Source of the DNA: Balanoglossus misakiensis
Taxonomy: Eukaryota; Animalia; Hemichordata
Assembly (NCBI GenBank): GCA_040954595.2
Contig: CM082577.2
Span: 2,604,001 to 2,668,000 of the forward strand
Reading direction: 5' to 3'
DNA: 64,000 bases
Position 1 is the stretch's first letter. Each line of letters opens with the position of its first letter. Shown piece by piece: positions 26,601-39,304 of the stretch. The translations under genes and the position numbers were made by a program. The notes beneath the pieces were generated by a model that was not told where the DNA came from, did not search any database, and saw only the letters and a program-made list of their open reading frames with translations.

Positions 26601-27435
26601 AACACGATGAAGGTCAAAACAGGGCCTATCTCTACAGCTGATAAAAAAACTGAACCTTTGGTATTCACTCATCACTATTACCGGTAAATAAAAATGACGC
26701 TCAGAATTTGAATTATGTTCTCTAAATCGGTGTACTGGCGGTCATGTCATCAACGACACAGTTGTCATCGCAAAAATGCATCTCCGCTAACCAAGCGCAT
26801 TTATTTTGGCCAGTACCGGGCCGGGGCTTCCCTTTAAGGGATACCGACCGACCGGCCAAGGGTGCAGTTTAATTAGAGACAGTGAGAGGAAAATTGCATA
26901 AAACGGAGACTTTCATGCATTTTCGGAAAATGAACGAAAAGCAGCATATCGAACCGTAAGGACAACACTCATGTTTCTTTATAGATTTCTAGTTTGCCAT
27001 CGGTGCTTCTGTAATGCCTTGACATCTTGCGCTACGTTGACATCTGCAGTAACAGTCTGAGTAAAGAAGTCAGGTTATCTGTCAATGTAGTTAAACCAAC
27101 ACCCTGGGACGGTGTTGACTCATTAAACGAGGGGTCGGGGCGGGTCGGGGCCCCGCGGGCAGTGAACCTTTTGGTTAAGATATACGGATACCCTGCATAC
27201 CTGATGCGTCGTCCATGACTCGATCGGGATCGCAAACCCACGAGACGTTTTTCCTCCGCCCGCACGCCAGCGGATTGACCATGGGATTTGGAAAGTGGCG
27301 GGGGATCCAACTCGAGCTCTCGGCGAGGGAACTGCACAGCCAAAATGCGAATAGAAAGACAAAAGCGCGGGCACGAGAGATCCGAACACAGCTGAAGACA
27401 CCAGACGACAGCAGACTACATCTCATCTTCCGCAT
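23640..27435 (-). CDS. MOLO-1-like TPM-domain single-pass membrane protein, paralog B (4 exons: 27201-27435, 24697-24835, 24361-24481, 23640-24077; ~310 aa)
   Basis: WIPRHFPNPMVNPLACGR...WVCDPD, VDRIDEAL...CHC...YRFGVAVIA, SREFAKDVRRQWFRDLGCDDNVLILF, TM helix AIGLAFFGGVLLFAFGVLVFCF. Intron positions and phases match paralog A. The start could instead be the ATG at 27426. Confidence 0.85.
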
Positions 27436-28975
27436 AGCTGCGGACACTGGTCCATGAAAACTATCGCACAGCGGAGGTTAATCTCCATGCGTTGTCAGGT
27501 CTGGGACTTTCTGGCATTGCATGCATTGCAGTGTGTAATCGTGTGTATCCTTGTTGTCGAAATGAGTCCGTATCGGGTGTCGGAGACGCAACCAATATGG
27601 CCACACCCAGCCACCAAAGTCTCGACACCCCAAGCAGACGATTATCGCAGAGCCGTCAGATATTCACCACCACACGCACCACCGGTGCAGACGCGATAGA
27701 AATGTTCTCGTCGATTTGATTGTTTCCAGCGATCTGCAGACCATGCTATGAAGTGTTGATGCGTTGAAGCCGAACACCAGCAAGTGTGTCAACCACTTTC
27801 AGAAATTAGCAGTAAGAAAAATCCGATCGCTGTCTTCACATCTCGCGATTGTGGTGCTGTTGTCCCGGGCAACTGCACGGAGACTTAAAAACCGAACGAA
27901 TCTGTCAACTCTTAGGTAATTTTGATGAGATACGACTGGAAATTGCCAACCATAAAGACGGATGGCGTCTCAGGTGCATCCCGGGTTGCCGAGGTGGATA
28001 TTTAGCTGATTAACACGGAGATCCTTCGCCCGCGGTGGCAATATATCACCAGTGCAGTCAAGTTTACTCTGGGCGTGGCGACTTTCTCCCGGCCCTCTGC
28101 TCAGAAACCATTATTTTGACGTTGGGGATGAGCACACTGGACCGCTGTACTGTTTCCCCACATCCAAAGCTACAGAACTCCCGTCGAATACCGCTTGCTT
28201 ATACTACAATTCCATCTTCGGAAGACTTGCCCGATGTCGATGTGACACGTGGACTAAAACAAGTATCGTGTCGACGGCGACGCGATTCACTGACCCGTCA
28301 AACGTGACCTAAATTGGCATTGCTGCCTCACGTTTCATCGATCGCACATCTGTCGAAATGTCCCATCTCCGCGCGCGCACCGTGCTGACATGACACATGC
28401 TTGAACACAAATTCCGACCGGGTGTCCAACTACAGGAGAAATGCCCTTGATTTTGTTGTGGGAATTCTCGCCCACTTCAGGCTTAGACCCCCTGTACAAG
28501 CACACACACACACACGCACTTCGGGATAGGGCTCTACGATCGACCAATCTGTCGTCCAAAACACCAGTCGTTTCCGATGACGCGGAAAATTAGTCAGCTA
28601 TAGTAGGAGACTAGGTTTCATGCCCCCTGACTCCACAACATATTGATGAAATGTATCTGACACTATAGCCTTGATGAAACTCTATCCATCTATAACGTGT
28701 TCGGCTTTACTTTACAAGAATAGGCTTGTAATGGACTGCGCACGTTGCCGATCTGTATTCGGCACCGTTCAGTCCCCACCACAAATGTACTTTTATAATA
28801 ACAATAATTATTCATGGGCAACCAAATTCAACCAAACCATTAAACATTCACACGCGCAGGATAAGAAAATGTTACACCCAACCGCCTCTGATTAAAGTGG
28901 CCGAATATTTGGCCCAAAAAGACCACCTTTGAGCAGATTATAATCAGTTATGTATACTTGAGTTTTAGGTGTTCT

Positions 28976-29072
<97 letters not shown>

Positions 29073-29083
29073 GGTGGTGGTGA
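28976..29083. repeat. (GAT)n(GGT)n microsatellite
   Basis: Direct tandem repeat; the poly-His and poly-Met ORFs here are artefacts of it. Confidence 0.95.
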
Positions 29084-32040
29084 CGACAGACAGACTTGCT
29101 CATCACTATCGGCCAGTAGGTACGCGAAAAATACATCATCGAGGACAACGCGTAAGACCGTTAGCTAATTTAATCAAAACTCAAACTGCTACTGATATCT
29201 AAGACAGCGAATCCACTCGTTCGCCAGTGCAATAAATGGAAAAACGAAATCATGCAAGCTAAGGGACGAGGGGATTTTGTAGGAATCGTTCTCCAAATGC
29301 AAATCGAGCGTGGCCATGAATACTGATAAGTTCCATTGCCGTGATCAAACGATAACTCCCAATGTAACGTAACATGCAGGTGATAAAAACTGCCCCTTGA
29401 GTCATGCGCAGTCACTCGAAAGGTCACGTGTCAATAACTCCAGCGATAAATGCTTCTGGTTATATAGTGATAGATTATGAGATGCTTTAGGATTCTACCT
29501 CAGCGTGAGATTGATTCCGGTAATTCTACATGATCTGTAGCTTCATTTGGATTTGGAGAGGAAAATTAGGATATACAGGGATAGTTTGTAACTAAAAGAC
29601 AGTGAAATATTACACTAAGAACCTAAAGCGCCCGGGCCTAGGGCAATAACTTGGCAATAGCAGCGTAGAAATTAGACGTTTGTCAAATTGGGCATTAAAG
29701 TTATGTCTAAAAGATTTAAAGCGCCTTTCTCGATGGGTCTCCAATTAAGTGGATGTTTGAAGTGCTGCTTAACACTTCGTCAATCTTTTGTTCTTCGTTG
29801 AACGGTCTTATTTTTGCTAAGTAATATATTTCCTGCCCAATTAATCTGATGCTAAAGTAGGGACCTTTAACGTTTTGCAGATAACAACTATGCCTTCGGA
29901 TCAACGTTAGCGTATCACTGACATCTTTCGGGTCAGCGCCTTTGCCATATTCAATTAGAAAGCGCTGTGCATATGCAATATCTGTGTGAAGTGGATGCAA
30001 CATCTCACATGAATTTAATTTTGGTCGAGCTCTGGGCATTTTGTTCATCAAAAGGAAAGTGACAGATTTCCACGTTCTCAAATGTGCATAATTATGACGT
30101 TATTGGGACCATTCTCTTGATACAATTCAAGTCTTGCCAGTTTTCCTAATCACCTGGTTTCGGCAGTGTTTCTGAATGTAGGTCATTCTTAACTGGTATT
30201 CTACACGACAAGGCATACAAATTAAATGAGAGGGACCAGTCATAATCTTTGCCGGGTGGGGGGGGGGGGGGTATTGCTTGGAACCAAAACCACTAATGGC
30301 AAGAACCAATCAACCAAGCACAACGTGTTCAGTGCACAATGTTTGTCTGTAATGACAGAGATCACTTTCCACCCAATTCTATCTGTAAGAGCAAATGCTT
30401 CCGTTTTTCTGCACGTGTAGTCATTCGGATCAATATATAAATCGATCTGTTAATACAAGTATTTTAATATTTCTACATTTTCCATTTGACACTCACCGAA
30501 AAACAACTGACCTGCCCTAGCAAAAGTACTCCGTTTTTTTTAACCTGCAACATGGCGTTCTTGTAGAGACAGTTATATGTACACCCATTATGGCGTCCAT
30601 TGGGATGTTTGACATAACAGACGTTCGATACAGATTACTTCAACAGCACTTGTAAGGTCAAAAGGTCACGGAGTCCAAACACTGATTCAGCAGATGTGAA
30701 AGATATTTTGAACAATTTCAAAGCTTCGAGTTACAAGCACTTTACTGCAGAAGCCGAGTGCCGGTTCCAATCAGGGTGTTTTTCATCAACTGCGGAAAAT
30801 ATGAAGTGACGGGCGAATGACATTCAAGTATTTACACTCTCAAAATGTGTGACATCATTTTAGATAGAAAATGGCACAATTTTGGGGGTGATTCTGGTAA
30901 TTTCGTTTTTATTTTTAAAAATCACAATTGACTGGTATTCTCAAAAATAATCAGAAATCTTTTGTTACAGCTAGTGCAAGAGAAAACTTGTACAGGGCTC
31001 ATTGGACAAAATAAAGAAGAAAAAAAATGTTTCACCCCAGTTTTCTTCAGAGGTCCAACTTTATCATAGAAAAGAACAGATTTGGACCAAACCATTGTGG
31101 TGAAAGGGTTGACAGGTTGCCCCATGACAGATACAGAGATATCGTGAACCATAGAAAAATGTAACAAAAGCCAAAAATACATTGTTTTCTTGCTTGTGAA
31201 AATACGATAGTTGAAGATGCAATCCTAGAGTGCTTTCAGCCGGACAGTGACTGGTGAATGTCGTGGCGTCTTTGTTTCTCTATATGGCCTCATGTTGCGT
31301 CTCTCAGGGTTTCGTAATTTCATATTGAAAATATTTCTTTCCTACGTCAGGATCTTTTATCCGAAAATAAACCACGAAAGGTTAAGAGCGAGGAAAGTGT
31401 AAGATGTTTTTGATGGCGTACCCGATAGACATTGCCTTTCCCCAAGGCTTTGATTGTCCGGGTGCTGTGGAAATTAATTGAGATTTCAATTGTCTAAGCA
31501 ATTTTCTAACAGCTGACCATACCACATACTGGCCACAGTCAATTCACTTGACCATATCTGATTTCACACCCTCAAGGTAAAATCGCCTTAAATTATGATA
31601 TGAAAATTGGAATTAGATTTCAGGAGAGTCACTTTTGTAAAAAACAAAAACAAATAATACAGATGCTTAACAATCCCAACTTTTTTTATCCTAGGCAGTG
31701 TCAACTAACATGGCATATGAGCCAATAACAACCTACGCCTGGTAACACAATAGGTTATACATATTTGTTTGCCATCTACGGAAAGAATTGCCAATCTTTA
31801 GAGTGAGAGACTCAGCTGTCTACTACCAGAGTGACAGTGAGTGTCCCCGACGGAAAAGTACATTTGCAAAGTCAGCATCGACTACAGTGTCGAAGCTGTG
31901 GCCATTTTCGCAAAGAACTACAAGTACATGTATACATGATATGAAGATGTCCAACAACAAAAAAGAGACTGAATCACATGTTCGGGTTACACCAGAATCT
32001 TCCAATCCGGATGAAATGGATACTTCTCCACGGGGATGTC

Positions 32041-35000
32041 TCACTTCTTGGCTCCTGTAAATAAAACCAATTAAGAAACTTAATAGTACAGCTGTCCATG
32101 AAACGTCGCAGCTCTTCTGTTTTTTTTCTTCTTCTCTCTCTCTCTCAATTGTAAATAAGATGCCACGGGTGTTATCGCATCTGTCTCAGCGACTGGAAAC
32201 CAAAGTAGCATTGTGCATTTTTCAGCAGCGACACCGATTTGTTTTATGTCTAACTTGGAGGCTTCACCAATGAACAGAGCAGTATAGGCAACCAATCCCA
32301 AACTTTTTTATCCTCTCAAAATTTTACAGGGAAACAAGAAGGGAATTGACTTGCCAATTTTAAACCACTTTGGAACGGTTCCTTCTGATGATGTTGCCGA
32401 CGCTGATGATGATGATGATGATGATGGAGTGGTTGATGCTGTGCTACGTTTAGCCTGAGCAGACTTCTTACTGTCTGTGTTTGCTGTGCTTTCCCCTTGG
32501 TCCACTTGGCTGCTAGATCTGTGGGCAAAGGGAAAGGTTCATAAAAAGAAAACAACTGTCCAAAGACATTCTCGCGCGGGATGTAAATTATCATTCAATG
32601 GTGATCTGTATATGCAGGGGGCTAAGTTATTTCAGGAATTTTTAAAATGTAATTAGACTGGAGAGGAAGACGGACTTTGTAAATGTGATAAAAAGACAAG
32701 ATAAACAGAGAAATCAGTGAAAGTTAGCGATTCAACAGCTGGGTTTTGCACTGTATGAGAATATCACTTGGCCGATAGTTCAGTTCTTTAGAAACTACCA
32801 ACTTGGTGACAGTTTTTGAGAATTAGACCACCTAGATGGCTAGATTTTCATGGTTCTCACTACTGTGTCAGTTGGTAGTGATAAAATTTTAATTTCAGTA
32901 ACAGTGGTCTTTTATTAAGTTGTACTACCTGACTAGCGCAAATTTTGTATCCGCTTGAGTTGGCGTGGTAACCTCTCCCAGCAGTGTTGGCAGTAGATAG
33001 TGATCTGAAATGAAACATGGAAAGATCAATCACTAGAGGGCGCTCATCAGAGTGGAAAAATGTTTTGAGAATTTAACAAGATGGTAATTGTTAACACATC
33101 TCTATTCATTCTACCAATTCATATCACTTCACATAGTATACAATGTAATACCTTTCCAACCTGAATACTTTTCTCAGTTTCTTTGGATCTTAAAAAATGA
33201 CAACGTAAACTACAGCACTTACCACATGAAGTTTCACAACCAAAATAGACATTTGCTGCCGGAATTAATTTGGCCTTGAAAAATAAACAAAATGGAGCAC
33301 TTAGTAACAACTCTCATTGCTGGACAAAAATAACCCCTCTCCCAACCCCCACATTCAGCACTAAGTTTATGTGCATACTGCCCTCACTGTGTTGAATGCA
33401 TCAGCTCAAAGAATGCGTAAAGTCATGAAAATGCTAGCCTCAAAAACTGCCTGAACTTTAATGATATCGCAATTCTTATGGTACATGTATATCTCCACAG
33501 TCAACACACTGTTTTTATGTGTAAGAACACTCACCCCATAAAGTGACTGATTAGGATCTTTCAATACACACTTTGGAGGAGTTGTGTCTGGAATGAAAGA
33601 AAAAAAATCACAATCATGAAATGTTATATAACTGATGAGATTTCAGAGTTCTACTATGTACTTTCATAGCTATGTTGCTTTTATGGTTTAATATATGACA
33701 GTCACTACATACACAACTGACATGATCAAGACAGACACAGTATACGCATGTACTTACAGAGATAACATTTTAGATTCTTGTCACCAAGGTTGGATTGCAC
33801 AAACTCTGTTAAGGCTTTCACTGTGAATGTCAAAATAAAAACAGTGACACAATTAGCAAAGATACATGTACAAGTGTTTGTGTGGGTAGGTAGGTAGGTA
33901 GCTTGGTATTGGATGTACATATATGTGTGTATGTGTTCAGAAACATGGACTAAGGCAAATTAGCCATGTGACTTCCATGTGACTGTCACATGTTAAGAAC
34001 ATTGTTATGGAGACCATACCTGATTCAAGTGGTCTGAAGATCCCCTGCAATACAAGTCTGTCAGGGAAGTGTATTCTGATGACAGTCTGTGGGGAAGAAA
34101 ATTTGAAACAGTTTGTGATTATTCTTCACGGTAGTAGCCAAAAGGGGAAAGTCACAAATTTCTTTTTTTTTGCTTCCATCTTGAAATATATCTATGAAAA
34201 TTTTTACCCAATTTATCATGTAAATTTACGTAAAAGTTCCAAAGTTCACTGTTACATGAAACAAACTTACCTTTGGATATTTTGATACGATTCTCATTGT
34301 CTGCATCTCCCGTTGTGATTTCGTTAAAATTGGCTGCTCTTCGAGTTTTTGTCTGTATTTGAAAAACAATATAGAGTTTGCTAGGAAAACACTTTACAAT
34401 ATTGTAGGTCACTGCAAGATGCAAAGGGTTAATTCCAGGTAGCCACTTTCTACACACACACTACATACATACATACATACCTTTCATTTTGTAAATCCGA
34501 GTACATCTTTTTGACGTCATCAATTGTAACATCAAAGAAGTCATCAGGCACTTCTTCCTTAGTATCAACACTTCTGTCTTCAGCGTCTTGGTTGTACACA
34601 ATGAGTTCTCGGTCACAGGGCTGAAACAAAATCGTACAATTTGGTCTTTTTTTGATGTTCTACAATGAATGAGATGAAACAAGACGAGACAGGACAAGAC
34701 AAGACAATATGAAATGAGATGAGACAATGTTGTATCACCATCGTTTGTAACGTACCTCAGTTCCTCCTGAAAGTGAGGAAAATTCATTGACAAACAGACT
34801 TTGCCCTTTGGTTTCTTCTGGAAACTGTCAATAGATGGAAATGATTATGTGAAGCATATGTGGCTAGAATTCAATGTCTATTTTCGTGGTGACAGACTAA
34901 TCTATCAGCAGCGGTGGACTGACAGTGGACATAGTGTATCTGTACAATATAGAATTCCTTTTTCAAAATGTCATCACAAATTAAGAATTCTGGGGTTCCG

Positions 35001-37610
35001 GCCATCGATCACTACATACCTTGAAATTAGTGAAGGATTCCCTCTGCGACAAATTTGTGAGTTCTTCGTGCCTCTGCCGGATCTGTCTCTCTCTTTCTCT
35101 TTGCCGCCGCAGTTCCAACTTCCTCTGTTGTTCGCGCAGCTCTTGTTCTTGCTTCTCCTCCTCCTCTTGTCTGTGCTGGAATATGGACTGTGCGATGGCT
35201 CTTCCGACGATCATTGCTTGCTGTGGAGAGGAGGGGGTGGGGGGGGGGGGAGGGGAAGCAGACAGTGTTGAAATTATTTTAATGATATTCTTACAGTACT
35301 GCACCACACATCTCTGTAAAGTCACAAACACACTGTTTTTTGGAGTCAAATACTGAGTTTACAACAAAAAATTTCCATTTGATATTGATTATTCCCACAG
35401 AAGATCATTTGCTGCAAGGTTTGACAGAAACACATGAATTATGCTGCCCTGTCTGTGCAATACATACTTCTTCCTGCTGAGGCGTCAATTGTATTTCTCC
35501 GGCCGCTGCACCGACCTCCATTGGTTCTGGGGTAGGCACTGAGGTGGACGAGACATTCCCGGAGGAGGATTCGGTTGTTGAATCTGTGGCTGTAAGTCTT
35601 CTGCTTGGCTCAGTGTCTGTGGAACCTGTGGCTTTGAGGGCACCACTCAGATCAGTGTCCATTGGAGTTTGTTCGTCTTTTGGGGGTGCCCGTTGAGATT
35701 CACTTGCCGGTGATGTGAGTGAGGTCGATGGTGTGCTTACATCAGACACCTTCTTGGGTGGCTGTGTTTTCGTTTCCTCTTCCTTGGGAAGTTCAACAGC
35801 CCGATGTAAAAACCTGATCAGGAAACAAAGAATCACACATAAGCATGCTGACTGCAGCAAGCAGTCATGTTTCACGATTTCTGTAGGAAAAACGATTGGT
35901 TGGAAACAAAGAGCGCCATCTGTGGTGAGAACTAATATTTCAAACACATAAATAAATGGTCAGTTGTCAAGTAAAGGTTATATAAATGTACCTAAAGACA
36001 CGCACCTGATAATTGCCTTTCCACTGGTCAGACCCAGTGATTTCAGAGTTGCTTTCTTCAAGGCCCTTTCACCGATTACCTAGAATGGAAAACCAAAGCC
36101 CTATTACGGTTGTATCACAGCCCCTTGTATAGATAGAGATTTCTAGAGTAGAGAGGGTGTTATGTTTTACTTGTATGTGCTTACCTCTTGTCTCATGTAA
36201 ATACACACAGGCTGCAGCGCTGGAACGCTGGTTTCTCCAGGAACTTGGGTCAACTTCGGCCTGTGAAGGAACGAACCAGATTAGTGAGCTTCAATAATCA
36301 CTTCAAAAACATCGCAGTCATATAGAGATCGCAGCGGTATTTTTAAGAGAAATTATTTGGTCTCCAATTACTGCAATTATTATCATCTCTGAGTGATGCT
36401 TCAGTCAAAGCTTCACCTTCTTCACTACGGATTACAAAGCATCGGTTTTGTCTCTCTCTCTCTGTAGATCTCTCACCTTCCTTCTGCATTTTCCTGACGG
36501 TCCCAATGCTCAAGCAATTCCCACAGCGAGGTGCCCGGGAGAAACGCGTGCTGCAATCGCTCGTTGGTCTCCAGCTGGAGGGCAATGTTCACCTCCGTCT
36601 CTGTGCGGGGTTTGGTGGCTTTGACAAGCTCCAGTTTTGCATTGTTTGGCAGATTGGAGTACCTGACAGGAGCATTGACATCCAAGACGGTTCTTTGATG
36701 CCTACACAAAGTACAAGGAAGTTCGAAAAAAGGTATAAGCAGAGATACTTTAAACCAATCAAATCCTGATTAGAGTGGCAGAAAATTTCTACTTACTTCA
36801 AATCATACTCCTCAGGTGGGAATCCTTGCTTTGTACACACCTGCTCAATAATCTGTGAACAATCAAACAAGCAAGACAAATCACATCATTATGTGATGGT
36901 GAAAATAAGAGTTGAATAGATGTTAATGGGTGTACCATCTTGTAATGCAATTCAGCGAATGTTTCAAGGTTATAGTACACATCACTTTCTCATTTAAAAG
37001 GTCTAATTGGAAAATAATTAGTTCAGTCACATTGGACAAGGTCAGCGCGATCATGATGACTATAGCATTAATAAGCTGTTGTGAAGAAGAACTATAGCTC
37101 CATGATTTAGACAGAACTGCGTACCGTGATGATTATGGACATATTGTACGTGTTATTGTTACTACTAAGTATGTCTATGGTGCAATTTGCAGTATCAATC
37201 ATTGGCGACCTTGTACATTCTGGAACAATAATTTGGACCTTGGGGTCCAATTTTCGACAACGGATGACATGCACAAAACAGCACAACTAAAAATGGCTTA
37301 CAATATGGCGTTAGTGGTTTCTTTTGGCAAGTTGAAATTTTATGCGCGGCTTTGCACAGTAAACTCCAACGATCGTCGTCTGCGATGCGTGCCATACGTG
37401 ACTCGCGAGCCATGACATGACGAATTTCTACTGCAACTATGGTTTCCAGACTTTCAACACATTTGTTGGATTGCGGATAGTAGCAGAAGAACGAGTAGTT
37501 CCTTATGTCAAAAAGAAAGGTAACCTCACCTGTAAGATACTGGTGTTGGGGGTTATTTTCACGTTTTGTCGTCTGCCATTTGGAGCTAAAACTTGGACGG
37601 ACGTCGCCAT
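32041..37610 (-). CDS. ASPSCR1: Tether containing UBX domain for GLUT4 (TUG/UBXD9), multi-exon (~15 exons)
   Basis: Exon 1 (37530-37610) MATSVQVLAPNGRRQNVKITPNTSILQ, then IIEQVCTKQGFPPEEYDLK and HQRTVLDVNAPVRYSNLPNNAKLELVK, matching the TUG N-terminal UBL. Internal exons include EVPDDFFDVTIDD and IHFPDRLVLQGIFRPLE (UBX). C-terminus VPKWFKIG. Confidence 0.92.
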
Positions 37611-39304
37611 CTTCTTCGCTCGAATGTAACAGCGCCGCCATACGGTGACACTGATCGACCATGACCCAAATATACAAGCTTACCTTTTTCGACGAGTTTT
37701 GTTCAAGCAATCATGTCATAGCGATCTCAAACGCTAGCGTCGGAAAGTAAAATCATGAAAATAATGCAAAAAGTGGCAGCTTTAAAACAGGGTCGATTTG
37801 ATGTTTGACCCACCAGTGGACTCCAAAACTGCCCAAACTCGGTATAAATCTTGGAAATGTGAAGTGCAACTTGTCTGGAAACCATATCCAGCTATCAACC
37901 GTACACATTCACAGAAATGTTTAAGTTCATTCATCACAAAGCCATCGACCGTTCCCTTGCTATATCAAATTTCATACATGCTAGGCCTACTTCATCAGCG
38001 CCTAAAATCGAACACGGCTCAGTTTGGCAATGGTCCGAAAAAAACTTCTTTGTGTACGCTTTCAGTCCAAACATAGTTTGTTTGACACTTCACACTTTTA
38101 AGTGTCCCATTTCGACACTGCGATAGCGTCCGCGCACCCGTGGCCTTGAGTTTCAATCAAGTGATACTGATTGAAAACACGGTCCGTGCTGAAAATAAGG
38201 AGGGCGAAACATAAAATTTACTGCGAGAGCAGACAGGTTCACTGCCCAACTAGCGTGAAAATAAGCGTCAGAAGAAACTGAAAAAATGTTGATATTGTGC
38301 ATAGGAAAAACATTCTAGGCCCAAAAAATACAGCAACCACATTGTACCCACGTGCGCAAATACATGTAGTCTTGCGTGTTTTGCCATTAGACGTCTACTG
38401 ATGTACATGTTTAATGTACAGATTCAAGCATTATCATAAACTGATCTCATTTGATATCTGATGGCGTAATGAACCGTTAGGACATATTATAGAGACACAA
38501 CGCAGATCGATTCTCTGAGGAGTGCTGCGCGATCGCGACGGTCTGACAGCTGAAAGTGAAAATTCACATCGCTTCTGCCACGCGAAAACATCTACGTGGT
38601 TTATGGTTTCGAATGGTCGCAGTACGCGTGGCTGTAATTTTGCATAAATCAATCATGGAAGTAGTAGTATAGGTAGGAATAAATAAACTTGCTTTCAGGA
38701 TTACGGGTCAAAGATCGTATGAGATGAATGCATGAAAATGGTTTATTTGCATGTTATGAAAGACCCGTGCCTCGTCGTGTCTCGGGGGTTCCGTGGTAGA
38801 GTCTGGTTAAAGGTGAGCCTGGGTATTTCATTTATTAAGTCGGTTTTAAGGCAGATTTCGCCTCCAACCATCTGGACATATGATGAGACAATTCTTCACC
38901 TGAAATACCAAATCGCAATTGTTCTAGGGCAAGAGAGCTTGACGGAAGGACCCCGGTGGTGACACACACCGTGTTGTTCTTCTAAGAGTGCGCCCCCGGG
39001 ATTCTTCTGTGCCATATACTAGTATTGCAGATCCTGTCTACATGTCACTTTCTAGCTGTCCAAATATCACATTGAGACTGGTACCGTTAGAGCTGGGCTG
39101 TCGTTTCTGCTACCACAGGAGTCAATTTACAGTGAGCAAAACAACCGGGTCGCATAAATAGGCTATTATAGTCACCGTTACAAGAGAGCTGACCTACAGT
39201 AGACAGAACTGTGGAAGACGCAAGAAGGTCGTCTTTAAAAACACAAATCTCCGATCATCAAGTACTACGTTTACGATCACAAGTGACCCTCTAGCTCGAG
39301 TAGT

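Noticed and set aside
28948-29202. Poly-His and poly-Met ORFs
   Set aside because: They are the (GAT)n microsatellite.
37195-37710. 171-aa ORF over the ASPSCR1 start
   Set aside because: It is in a different frame from the real exon 1 and shows no homology.
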